From Squalus acanthias (taxonomy: Eukaryota): a stretch of 64,000 nt of DNA. Location: NCBI GenBank assembly GCA_030390025.1, contig CM059432.1, forward strand, positions 138,820,001 through 138,884,000. Direction: 5' to 3'. The notes beneath the pieces were generated by a model that saw only the letters and a list, made by a program, of their open reading frames with translations, did no database searches and had not been told where the DNA came from. Shown here piece after piece: positions 11,442 to 23,580 of the stretch (within the stretch, counting starts at the first letter, position 1; each line of letters begins with the position of its first letter). The position numbers were made by a program, and so were the translations under genes.

Positions 11442-13983
11442 GAACCATTGAGCCATACCCTATTATGACAGTGCCTGCAAGAGAGCAATGTATATAGTTG
11501 GAAGGAAAAGAAAATGCAAGATTTGACTTTAATGAAATAAGGGTACAAAATAGTGTAGGAGTTAAAGTTTGCCCCCAGAACATAAATTGCTCTAGTTCCA
11601 ATGGGCAGCAGCTAAATAAAAGAGATCATTCGAGGTCAGATATTGATCCTTTTTATTTGGTCTATATGAAAAATCTGCACAGCCTATATTTTCATGTACA
11701 TTGGCATTTTAATGTGTACACGATAAACTGCATTTTCACATCAGGAGGACAAAGATGCTTTAAAAAAAAAACTTGTAGTACGTATGAAGGAGTGGATCAT
11801 TTTCCTTCTCTCACACTCCCCCAAAAACAGAAACAGATAAATCAACATTGCTTTTGTAAGCTTAATAGCGACTTGCTGTTGATAACTGTAGGAGAGGACG
11901 AAGGTCAGCATAAGGTGATGCTGCGGCTTAAACAAGATGCATAATATTGAGCGCAGACACTCTCCTTAGCAATGTTACAAGCTGAAGCAGGCTAACCCAG
12001 TGGGAACTTTGCAGCGATGGTCTACAGTAAGATACTCCACTTGAAATGGACTGCAAGAAAGCTTACTCAGCTTCCTTCTTGTCAGAAGTAAAATGAGCTT
12101 TAAAAATGGTTGATCTTCATTCACGCTCAGAGACCTTGAATACAGCAGTACAATAGCCTGTGGCAGATTGGTAATGCAAAACGATAAGTAGATTAGTAAA
12201 ACGAAGACACACTAAAAATGGATTCAGAGGATAAATGGGAGAAAAACTATTAAAATGCCACAATAACTACAAAACAAAAAAAAACCCTCATGAATGTAAA
12301 CATTGGATGTAACCAGTAGACACATAGCTGAGGTAAAAAAAAATAGTGGATTCCACGGCTCATTTCACCCAGTAAACTATCAAATGGTATTTGATTTTGT
12401 TCAAAATTCGCAAAACAAATTGGTGCAATATTGTCAGCTGTACTAGCTCAGCCTAACAAGGAACATATCCATAACGTACAGACTGGCAAGAAAACAAATT
12501 GATTTTACAATTTGTAAAACACATGGGGTGCAAATTATAAACCTGGGAGATATTAAAGCATTATTTCCTGATACGCCATTGGAAGCAACACGCTAAAAAC
12601 AATTGCTTTGTGCCGTCGTCGTAATTTTTTTTTAAAGCTCTTGTATTGTTGACATCGCCAGTGTCCAGTTTATAATTAGTATTTTTCCTTTTTTTTTTGG
12701 TAAGTGTTCTTTCACATCATCTCTGCTAAGAAGTGCGCGCACATTCTATGCAAATCCAAAAAAAAGTATGGCTTCATAACTTTTAGAAAGGCTTCTGTGA
12801 AATGATTGCAAAAAATCAGAGGCCACCAGGCTTTACAACAAAAAGCTGAATAATGCATGACTGCTTCATAAAAAGCCGATGCAGTCATTTAAAAATGTCC
12901 CGTACAGTTTCAGAAACTTGCACGATGTTCATCTTTTGTCCCTTGGAACTCTTACAAATGTCTTTTTTTAACGGAATATATGATGTTCCCGAAAGACATT
13001 TCCCCATTTCTATTCTCTTCAACTCCTGTGAGCCCTTGTTCTGTGTGATAAGGCAATCTCCTTGGGGATCTGAGCAGTGTAGTTTTTGCACCACGAGTGA
13101 CAAGGACTCGACTTGAATAACTGCTGTGCGCAGGTTGTAATTATGTCAGCCGGAGCGTTGAACAAGGGGGCTGATTAATGTGAGCCCCTGCCCAGGGATA
13201 GTCCCCATCAAAACCTTACCACAGGCCAGCACTAGGGATGGGTTAAGGTGGAAAGGAAAGAATAAAAAAAAAATGCAGCACCTACATGATAGATGAATTG
13301 CTGCAACAGTCTTCAGGCAGATGTTCATGGACAATATAATATACAATTACTAGCCCTTATCACCTTTCCTGGCACAATAAAAAAATCAGACTACTACAGC
13401 TCATGTGAGTGAAAGCAAAATTAGTTTCCACTGTACAGTAACAACTCACCTAGCATGTCAAACAACTAGTATTCCCTGACTCAATTTGGGAAACATACTC
13501 GCAACAGTCAGAATTTAAGGATCAATTTAATGAATGCAGATCCTATTTTATCTGAATCCAGAGATCGATTTGTAAATTTGATTTTGAATGGAGGCAAGAT
13601 AGATTGTCTTTGGCTTCTTTAAGAATGACAGATAACTAAAGCAAAAAAAAAATGGTAAAATTACACAAAGCAGCAGCTGAGAATAATAACTGTTTAACAT
13701 AAATCACTGTGGGGCAATCAGCCAGGCGCACTGCTCCCATCCTACTAATTCCGCATAAAGTACTCAAATACTTACCAATGTGGAATGCCATCTAGTGGGA
13801 AGCAAGTCCACAAAAATGTGCTCCAATAATAATTGGGAGATCTGTAGTTGGGCTAGGTATATTTATTCTTTAACAATAAAATGTTCCATTCGAGACTACG
13901 GGCAGTTATGTTTAACACCCCGCCCCCGCAACGCCCTCCCCGCACCCCCCCCCGCCCCCGCCGCCAAATTTTCTTCTTTCTTA

Positions 13984-14297
13984 GGGCAACCGGCATAGTG
14001 GTTAGCACTGTTACCTCACAGCGCCAGAGACCCGGGTTCGAATCCAGCCTCGGGTGACTGTCTGTGTGGAGTTTGCACATTCTCCCCGTGTCTGTGTGGG
14101 TTTCCTCCGGGTGCTCCGGTTTCCTCCCACAGTCCAAAGATGTGCGGGTTGGGTTGATTTGGCTATGATAAATTGACCCTTAGTGTTAGGGGGATTAAAT
14201 ACGTGGGGTTACGGGGATAGGGTGGGATGTGTGTCGGTGCAGGCTCGATGGGCCGAAATGGCCTCTATCTGCATTGTGGGGATTCTGTGATTCTCTG
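13984..14297 (+). mobile_element. V-SINE (HE1-like), full length
   Basis: tRNA-like head (tagtggttagcac...ggttcgaatcc), V-domain tgtgtggagtttgcacattctccccgtgtctg...ggtttcctcc, and a CR1-like tail ending in gattctgt-type repeats. Confidence 0.85.
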
Positions 14298-14312
14298 AAA
14301 CTGTACATTGTG

Positions 14313-14845
14313 CAACAACAACTTGTATTTATATAGCGCCTTTAATGTAGTAAAACACCAAGGCGCTTCACGGGAGCATCATCAAACAAAGGCTGACACC
14401 GAGCCACATAAGGAGATATTAGGACAGTTGAGGTCGGTTTTAAGGAGCGTCTGAAAGGAGGAGAGAGGTAGAGAGGCGGAGAGGTTTAGGGAGGGAATTC
14501 CAGAGCGTAGGGCCTCGGCAGCTGAAGGCACGGCCGCCAGTGGTGGAGCGATGGAAATTGAGAAATGCGCAAGAGGTCAGAATATGAGGACCGCAGAGAT
14601 CTCGGAGGCTTGTAGGCCTGGAGGAGGTGAGAGAGATGGGGAGTGGTGAAGCCATGGAGGGATTTGTACAATTTTAAAATCGTGGCGTTGCCAGACTGGA
14701 AGCCAATGTAGCTCAGCTGGCATCGGGGTGGTGGGTGAACAGGACATGGTGCGAGTTAGGATATGAGCAGCAGCAAGAGTTTTCGACGAGCTTAAGTTTA
14801 CGGAGGGTGCAAGGTGGGAGGCCAGCCAGAAGAGCATTGGAATAG
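14313..14845 (-). mobile_element. L2 LINE 3' fragment
   Basis: LHWLPVWQRHDFKI on the minus strand, with the L2 tail at about 14313. Confidence 0.85.
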
Positions 14846-15394
14846 TGCAGGGACATGGGTACATGTGTGGTGGCAACCCCCCACTTCCTTCCCTAAATGG
14901 CTATGTGTCACGTGTGGACCCAGACAGGAGTGTCATCGTGCTATTCAACCACATGGGACATCACAGCTAACCCTATGTGCTTCTCAGAGAGGGGTGGTGG
15001 GGGGGAGTGGAATTACTGAATAATGATCAAGAGCAAGGACTTTGCCTGATTTGTTATCCCCAAACATAGCCCCAATAGATAGGATTCAGCTAACGTATCA
15101 CAAACCAAAGACCAAATCTGCAACCTTCCTGGCTACTTTGGTTCAATCCATGATGGAGCAAAAAAAAGTCTGAAATATTTCTTCGAACTACATCACTTAC
15201 TGCTGTCCTGCTGATAATACAGGAAATTGAACTTTCCCTAAAAAATCAGTCAACAGCAGTTCCATAACATAACTTATTGCGTCAACATTCTAACCCACTT
15301 ACGAACGCGAATAAAATGCAGTTGTGAACATACAAAAGAAGTTATCGAGATTCTCTTTTTGCCTGGTGAAACAGAAAAGCCAAACATTAGATTT

Positions 15395-16525
15395 TCTCTA
15401 GAAAAGAGAAGGCTGAGGGGTGAACTGATAGAGGTCTTTATAATTATGAAAGGTTTCGACAGGGTAGATGTAGACAAGGGGGGAGAAATTCACAATCGCC
15501 CCATTTGGGGCGCTAATTTTTAAAAGTTTGAAAAGTTAGCGCCAGACGCTAACGATTTCAAACTTTTGAAAAATTCGCCGTTTGCACTCTAAGAAGGAAG
15601 TGGAAACGCTAAATCAAGCGCCCCACTTCCTTCTTGGAGCGCAATCGGCAGCAGGCGCGGCGGAGACTTCAGCAGCGCTCCACACTGGGCCGTGCAACGC
15701 TGCCACATTCCAAGGCTCCTTCCCTCCCTTAAAGGGAAGGGCCATCGCTGCAGGCTCTGCAATAGAAAAAGTACCTACCGGGACCACCAAGGCAGCCGCG
15801 ATCCCGTGCGATCAGCCCGGCTCTCAAGCAGAGTGATGATCGCGGGCAGGAACCCGCAAAAAAAAATTGGAACAAGAAAGGTAATTTTTTAAAAAAAAAC
15901 TTACCTCGGCCACCTCGCCTTTAATCATGGCCCCCCCCGCCGAAGCGGCCGGCCGCCCGATGCACGTCTCCTGCAGCCGTCGGTGTTTTCGACCGGCGCT
16001 GCTGCAGGGGGCGGAAGTCAACTTCGGGTCCGGGGCGCTACCGGGACGATGCGCACGGCGATGACGTCAAGATCTCTGGGTGAAGGAGATCAGGTCGCAA
16101 CGCCACAAAACTCCCGTCGAATATGGCAGGAGTCGATGTCAGCGCCGCGCCCAGTCGCAAAGCCATTTGCACCCTGCTAACGGCAGGCGCATAGGCACCC
16201 AATGTCGCCCCCCAAGATGTTTTCACCCGTGGGGGAGACCAAAACTAGGGGTCATAAATATAAGATAGTCACTAATCAATCCAATAATTCAGGAGAAACT
16301 TCTTTACCCAGAGAATGTGGAACTCGCTACCACATGGAGTAGTTGAGGCAAATAACATAGATGCATTTAAGGGGAAGCTAGATAAGCATATGAGGGAGAA
16401 GGGAATAGAAGGATATCCACACAGCGATATATGAGGAAGGATGGGAGGAGGCTCGAGTGGAGCATAAATGCCAGCATGGGCTGGTTGGGCCGAATGGCCT
16501 GTTTCTGTGCTGTATGTTCTATGTA
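15395..16525 (+). mobile_element. CR1 3' fragment split by a MITE
   Basis: LEKRRLRGELIEVF... resumes after 16213 and runs to the 3' UTR. Confidence 0.75.
15479..16213. mobile_element. GC-rich non-autonomous Harbinger-like DNA transposon (MITE)
   Basis: Exact 3-bp TSD aag (15476-78 and 16214-16). Imperfect TIR gggggagaaatt / aatgtcgcccccc. Interrupts a colinear CR1. Confidence 0.75.
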
Positions 16526-17189
16526 ATACCTTTAAAATGTACAAGAATTTACAATCTCATTTATACATGTCTAATTTTAATATATTATTTCAGTCTTCAA
16601 GCTAAGCTTAAAGTTAATTTTTTTTGGGGGGGGGGATGGAGAAAGAGCAGACAAAAAAAAAATCAAAATCAAATCTTCATTCTATTTAAATTGTTGTCAT
16701 GAGTTGCATCTTTTGATTTATTGATGCATCAAGTGTTTTTGCATGCCAGAGCGAGTAGTAATGTGTCACTGGACAATGAAAATGTGTTGTGTTACAACAC
16801 CAATCTCTGCTTAGACACATTCCGTCAAGTAAAATGAATTGAAGTGTGTCATTCTTGTGTGAAAGTTATAGGCAAATACGGTGGGAGTTAGAAGGAGGTA
16901 GACAGCTGTGTGTGTGTCCGTGAATGGCAACGGCTTACTGATAGAAAGAAACACATCATCAGATAAACTGGACGCATTGATGAAGAAGCAATGGGAAAAA
17001 GGTGGAGAGAAGGATTTTTTTAAAAATGTGTTCTTCTGCTGTGGGCGATACGGACAACGGAGCATTTATTGCCTCCCCAAATTGCCCTGACGCTTTAAGA
17101 ATCAACCATTTGGTGTTATGCGTAGATCGGGTAGAGGGCGGCAGGTTACCATTCTCTGAAGGAACCAGTTGGGTTTTTATAACTTTGTA

Positions 17190-17209
17190 GTGTCAGTCGT
17201 GGCTCAGTG

Positions 17210-17240
<31 letters not shown>

Positions 17241-17660
17241 GTGGGTTCAATCCCACTCCAGAGACTCGAGTACAAAAATCTAGGCTGACACTCCCAGTGC
17301 AGTACTGAGGGAGTGCTGCACTGTCGGAGGTGCCGTCTTTCGGGTAAGACGTTAAACCGAGGCCCCTTCCACCCTCTCAGGTGGACGTAAAAGATCCCAA
17401 GGCACTATTTCGAAGAAGAGCAGGGGAAGTTCTTCCCGATGTCCTGGTCAATATTTATCCCCCAATTAACATCACTAAAAAAAATCTGATCTGATCATCA
17501 TCACATTGCTGTTTGTGGGAGCTTGCTGTGCACAAATTGGCTGCTGTGTTTCCTACATTACAACAGTGACTACACTTCAAAAAGTACTTCATTGGTTGTA
17601 AAGCACTTTGGGACATCCTGAAGTCGTGAAAGGCGCTCTAGAAATGCAAGTCTTTCTTTT
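17190..17660 (+). mobile_element. DeuSINE (SacSINE1/AmnSINE1-like), full length
   Basis: A box tggctcagtgg, B box ggttcaatccc, central gtgcagtactgagggagtgctgcac...gttaaaccgaggcc, and an L2-like tail. Sits inside a degenerate minus-strand copy of the third SINE (about 17060-17785). Confidence 0.85.
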
Positions 17661-17967
17661 TAATATTGAGCTCCGCATTCCGTGGCCTGCTCGCAAGTGA
17701 CCAGATTTACTGAATTAAATTTTGCAGTGAGATTTGAACTCAACCTCTATTAGTTCAACATTATAACCACTAGACTACTGTACCCAATGACTTCAGAAGA
17801 TATAAGCACATGCGAGGGTTTGCTTGCTCGTATTGTCTGGTTGCAAAAATCATCGGGCCAGGTTCTGAGCACTCAAATACTTGAAACTTGAGTTATGCCC
17901 ATCTGAAATGCTGGGGTGATGCGAGACTTGGGAGGTTTTATAAATCTCAAGTTGGTCAGAAATGTTC

Positions 17968-18517
17968 TTTCCATCATCTACAAAGCACAAGTAAGGAGTG
18001 TGATGGAATACTCTCCACTTGCCTGGATGAGTGCAGCTCCAACAACACTCAAGAAGATCGACACCATCCAAGACAAAGCAGCTCGCTTGATTGGCACCCC
18101 ATCCACCACCTTAAACATTCACTCCCTCTACCACCGGCGTACCGTGGCTGCAGTGTGTACCATCTACAAGGTGTACTGCAGCAACTCGCCAAGGCTTCTT
18201 CGGCAGCACCTCCCAAACCCGCAACCTCTTCCACCTAGAAGGACAAGGGCAGCAGGCGCATGGGAACACCACCACCTCCAAGTTCCCCTTCAAGTCACAC
18301 ACCACCCTGACTTAGAAGTATATCGCCGTTCCTTCATCGTCGCTGGGTCAAAATCCTGGAACTCCCTACCTAACAGCACTGTGGGAGCACCTTCACCACA
18401 CGGACTGCAGCGGTTCAAGGCGGTGGCTCACCACCACCTTCTCAAGGGCAATTCGGGATGGGCAATAAATGCTGGCCTTGCCGGCGACGCCCACATCCAA
18501 TAAACGAATAAAAAAAG
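17968..18517 (+). mobile_element. LINE-B 3' fragment
   Basis: ORF 17916..18503 is nearly colinear with 900..1403. A-rich tail. Confidence 0.85.
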
Positions 18518-18926
18518 AATGATCACCAAATATGCAGATATTTCTAAGTTGATTTGAACAGAGGAAACTCAGAGGGGAAAATAGGACATTCCATTGTTAT
18601 CCACTGAACATAAAAATAAATCTGCTGGTCAAAGAGCTATTAGTGCTGGCAAATGGAACATTTTCTCCAATTTTCGCATTTAAAATTAGCATTAAGCATG
18701 GTTAAGATGCAGAAAGTAAAACTCCCTCTATACTGTTTGTCAAAGCCAAGCCTCGGTAAAGTACAACCTGCTTTACTAGTGTGACATTTCCATTTTCCAC
18801 ACTAGCCATCCCTGCAGCTTCCCTGGGTGAGACTGTCAATTTACACGTGCAGTTTTGTGCTGTGGCTTCACGCTCATTGGAAACGGAAGTAATTCTGTTT
18901 AGCAATCTCACAACCCTTCAGAGTGA

Positions 18927-19364
18927 GGGCAACACGGTGGCATAGTGGTTAGCACTGGTACCTCACAGCGCCAGGGACCCGGGTTCGAATCTGACCTAGG
19001 TTCGAATCTGACCTCGGGTGACTGTCTGTGTGGAGTTTGCACATTCTCCCCGTGTCTGCGTGGGTTTCCTCCGGGTGCTCCGGTTTCCTCCCACAGTCCA
19101 AAAATGTGCGGGTTAGGTTGATTTGGCTATGATAAATTGACCCTTAGTGTATAGGGGGGATTAAATATGTGGGGATAGGATGGGATATGTTAGGGGGAAT
19201 TAAATACGTGGGGTTATGGGGGTAGGGTGGGATATGTGTACTGTGGGGATTAAAGCAGGGACAGGGTACTGGATTTGGATGATCAGCCATGATCGTATTG
19301 AATGGTGGAGCAGGCTCGACGGGCCGAATGGCCTACTCCTGCTCCTAGATTCTATGTTTCTATG
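18927..19364 (+). mobile_element. V-SINE (HE1-like) variant with the young-CR1 tail
   Basis: Same head and V-domain as 13984. Tail 19252-19364 matches the CR1 3' end at 21625-21731. Confidence 0.85.
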
Positions 19365-19463
19365 ACTTTCATTCCATCAGCACGATTTTCGAAGTTAGTT
19401 CCCACTGGGGTTGCCTTGCTAAATTTTTTGATCTTGCACAGAAAAAACTGCCATGGTTGTCGC

Positions 19464-21731
19464 GAATTCTTCATTAAGATGGAGAGTGAAGTAGTTGACT
19501 CAGAGACTATGGTCCTGAATTTAAATAAAGGAAACTACGATGGTATGAGGCGCGAGTTGGCTCGGATGGATTGGGGAGCGTTACTTAAAGGGTTGATAGT
19601 GGATAGGCAATGGCAAACATTTAAAGATCGCATGGATGAACTACAGAATTTGTTCATCCCTGTTTGGCATAAAAATAAAACAAAAAAGGTGACTCAACCG
19701 TGGCTAACAAGGGAAATAAGGGAAAGCATAAGATCCAAGGAGAGGACATATAAATTGGCCAGAAAAAGCAGCAAACCTGAGGATTGGGAGCAGTTTAGGA
19801 TTCAGCAAAGGAGGACAAAGGGATTAATTAAGAGGGGGAAAATAGAGTATAAGAGTAAGCTTGCAGGGAACATAAAAACTGACTGTAAAAGCTTCTATAG
19901 ATATGTGAAGAGAAAAAGATTGGTAAAGTCAAGCGTAGGTCCCTTGCAGTCAGAATCAGGGGAATTTATAATGGGGAACAAAGAAATGGCAGACCAATTA
20001 AATACGTACTTTGGTTCTGTCTTCACAAAGGAGGACACAAATAACCTCCCAGAGATGTCGGGGAACATAGGGTCTAATGAGAGGGAGGAATTGAATGAAA
20101 TCAGTATTTGTAGGGTAATGGTGTTAGGGAAATTGACGGGATTGAAGGTCGATAAATCCCCAGGGCCTGATAATCTGCATCCTAGGGTACTTAAGGAAGT
20201 GGCCCTAGAAATAGTAGATGCATTGCTGATCATCTTCCAAAATTCTATAGACTCTGGAACAGTTCCCATGGATTGGAGGGTAGCTAATGTAACCCCACTA
20301 TTTAAAAAAGGTGGGAGAGAGAAAACGGGGAATTATAGACCGGTAAGCCTGACATCGGTAGTGGGGAAAATGCTAGAGTCCATTATAAAAGATGTAATAG
20401 CAGAGCACTTGGAAAACAGTGACAGGATCGGACAAAGTCAACATGGATTTACAAAAGGTAAACCATGCTTGACTAACCTACTGGAATTTTTTGAGGATGT
20501 AACTGGTAGAATAGATAAGGGAGAACCAATGGATGTGGTGTATTTGGACTTTCAGAAGGCTTTCAATAAGGTCTCGCATAAGAGATTAGCATGCAAAGTT
20601 AAAGCACATGGGATTGGGGGTAAGGTACTGATTTGGATAGAGAACTGGTTGGCAGACAGGAAGCAAAGAGTTGGAATAAACGGGTCTTTTTCCGAGTGGC
20701 AGGCAGTGACTAGTGGGGTACCGCAGGGATCGGTGCTAGGACCCCAGCTATTCACAATATATATTAATGATCTAGACGAGGGAACTAGATGTAATATCTC
20801 CAAGTTTGCAGTTGACACAAAGCTGGGTGGGCGTGTGTGCTGTGAGGAGGATGCAGAGAAACTCCAGTATGATTTGGATAGGTTGGGTGATTGGGCAGAT
20901 GCATGGCTGATGCAGTATAATGTGGATAAATGCGAGGTTATCCACTTTGGTGGCAAAAAACAGGAAGACAGATTATTATCGGAACAGCAATAGATTGGGA
21001 AAAGGGGAAGTGCAACGAGACCTAGGTGTCCTTGTGCACCACTCGCTGAAGGTAAGCATGCAAGTGCAGCAGGTGGTTAAGAAGGCAAATGGTATGTTGG
21101 CCTTCATAGCGAGAGGATTCAAGTACAGGAGCAAGGATGTCTTGCTGCAGTTGTACAGGGCCTTGGTGAGACCACACCTTGAGTATTGTGTGCAGTTTTG
21201 GTCGCCTTATCTGAGGAAGGATGTTCTTGCCATGGAGGGAGTGCAATGAAGATTCACCAGACTGATACCTGGGATGGCAGGAATGACATATGAAGAGAGA
21301 TTGGGTCGATTAGGCTTATATTCGCTAGAGTTTCGAAGAATGAGAGGGGATCTCATTGAAACTTGTAAAATTCTAACAGGACTAGACAGACTAGATGCAG
21401 GAAGGATGTTCCCGATGGCGGGGGAGTCCAGAACCAGGGGTCACAGTCTAAGGATAAGGGGTAAGCCATTCAGGACTGAGATGAGGAGGAATTTCTTCAC
21501 CCAGAGAGTGGTGAACCTGTGGAATTCTCTACCACAGAAGGCAGTTGAGGCCAATTCATTAAATATATTCAAGAAGGAGTTGGATATATTTCTTAAGGCT
21601 AAAGGGATCAAGGGATATGGGGAGAAAGCAGGGACAGGGTACTGAATTTGGATGATCGGCCATGATCTCATTGAATGGCGGAACAGGCTCGAGGGGCCGA
21701 ATGGCCTACTCCTGCTCCTATCTTCTATGTT
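19464..21731 (+). mobile_element. Young 5'-truncated CR1 (HER1-like) LINE with disabled ORF2
   Basis: ORFs 19302..20993, 20920..21249 and 21274..21645 give the RT domain ([22 protein letters not shown] instead of FADD). Frameshift near 20960 and a CGA>TGA stop at 21247. Confidence 0.95.
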
Positions 21732-22457
21732 CGCGCAAGTGTTACAATTCTGAAAATGGTGGTCCAGGCAATGAGACACTGCAGCATCGTAGAGTTCAGT
21801 CACACGCGTACTTTGAGATGAATACAAAAAAAAACAGGTGCGTTGAAATTGTGCTGTGCAATATTAGCAACTAAGACATTAATGTAAAATTCCTTTGCCC
21901 GCAATTTTAAATGCGCTCACACCCTCATTAAAAGCAGACAGAGGAATTTTATACTCGCAAGTTGACACGTTTGTTACTAATATTCGCACAGTGCAATTTC
22001 ACCCCGTTGCTTTCGAGATATCTAATTTGAAATGAATACATGTAAATGTCATGGTTCATAAATTTGTTTGGTTAATATATTACTCTAATATTAGTTTTAA
22101 CGTTTCCATGTGCTTTTTATTGACAAGATATGGTACATTGGTTTTATTGAAAATTAAACACATTTATGTCTGGTACAATTGTCCTACAGACTTCCATCAC
22201 AAAAATCTCATCAGAATTTACCAAAATCATTACGAGCCTTGACCCTAGGTGAAGCGTACTGTAATGGCAAGGTGGATGCATTCTGTATTCTGACCATGCT
22301 ATATATGACCCAGGGTCTGATTACTCTGTTCATTAAACCTTCCAACAAATCAGGAAGGTTGCCAGTGATGATAAATAAAGCTTTACTTGGAAGCTTGAAG
22401 TGTTAGACAATCTGTTGATGTATATTTCTGATTGAACGCAAGAGATGCAGCTGTTGA

Positions 22458-23580
22458 ACATACGAACGTTTACGAAAAATGACGGGCAGGAAAAGACCCT
22501 CTGGTCCATCTAGCCTGTCCCTTACAGTTGTGATGCCTTGTGCATCACAATACAGACACTCCCCACCCCATCCCACCCCACCGGGAGCCATGTGATCTTC
22601 TGGGAGAGGAGAAAAACCAGATAAAAACCCGGGCCAATTGGGGGAAAATATCGGGAAGATTCCTCTCTGACCCCTTTAGGCAACCAAAACTAGTCCAGAC
22701 CATCCTCGTCCTGATTAACGTTACAAGGTTCCTACTCCTTCTACAAGGTGATAACCCAACCAGAAACCGGTCCAGCTCTCGCTTGAAGGAGTTCAGTGAA
22801 TCAGAGCTCACCGCACAAGCCGGCAGCCTGATTCACAGCACCACTATTCTCTGGGAAAAGAAAAATCTCCTTAAACATCTAACTTAGTTCTGCCCTTACA
22901 TAACTTATAAGAGTGACCCTGGGCCCTCCCTAACCTATTCAGTTGAAAAAATTGGTCTGCACAAATACAATTGCTTTCCTTCATCATCTTATAAACCTCG
23001 ATCGAAAGTCTACTCTTCTCTAAAGTGTAGAGTTCCCAGCCCTTTTAGCCTATCTTGATAACTAAGATGTTTCAAACTGGGAATGAAACTTGTGGCCCTC
23101 CTCTGTACTCTTTCCAAAGCCTCAATATTACCACCATGTGAGGAGACCAAAAATGAACACAGTATTCTAACTGAGGCCTAACCAAGCTCATGTACAAGGA
23201 CAAAATGACGTCCTTTGTTTTATAGTGAATTGTCCTGTAAATACACCCTAGTAACCAATTTGATTTAGCTATAGCTTCACGGCATTGGTCATGAACCTCC
23301 AGAGATCTGGGCACTTCAGTGCATCAATCTCTTCCATTCACCACTGGCTTTAGTTCTTTTCCCTGAAGTGTATGTTCAGCATTCACCCGCCACACATGCA
23401 TAACACTGTAATTTTCTAAGTTAAATGTAATTTGCCAATCACAGGCCCAAGCCCCCGGTGCATCTAAATCTGCCTGTAGTAGTCGAGCATCGTCTACCGT
23501 CCTGACACTGGTACATATCTTGGAATCGTCAGCAAATTTCCAGATCATTTCCACAACACCTACATCTAGATCATTAATGC
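22458..23580 (-). mobile_element. Older CR1-clade LINE (distinct 3' UTR); the upstream part continues at about 25463-25900
   Basis: KFADDSKI and LYMSLVRPQLEYCVHFWSP. The same 3' UTR recurs at about 55925-56175. Confidence 0.8.

Noticed and set aside
11498..11944. 148-aa ORF and other short ORFs in unique sequence (e.g. 55836..56384, 56687..57205)
   Set aside because: No recognisable domain or splice support, antisense to the host gene, and often a non-ATG start or crossing repeats.
13984..14055. tRNA genes at SINE heads (also 17190, 18927, 28326)
   Set aside because: A and B boxes run straight into SINE bodies, with no complete cloverleaf or terminator.
15479..16213. CpG-island promoter (also 46460-47153)
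   Set aside because: The GC-rich stretches end exactly at TIRs and TSDs, so they are MITEs.
19302..20993. 563-aa ORF as an active or domesticated reverse transcriptase
   Set aside because: The ATG comes from a SINE tail, the endonuclease is missing, FADD is mutated to FAVD, and a frameshift and a stop follow.
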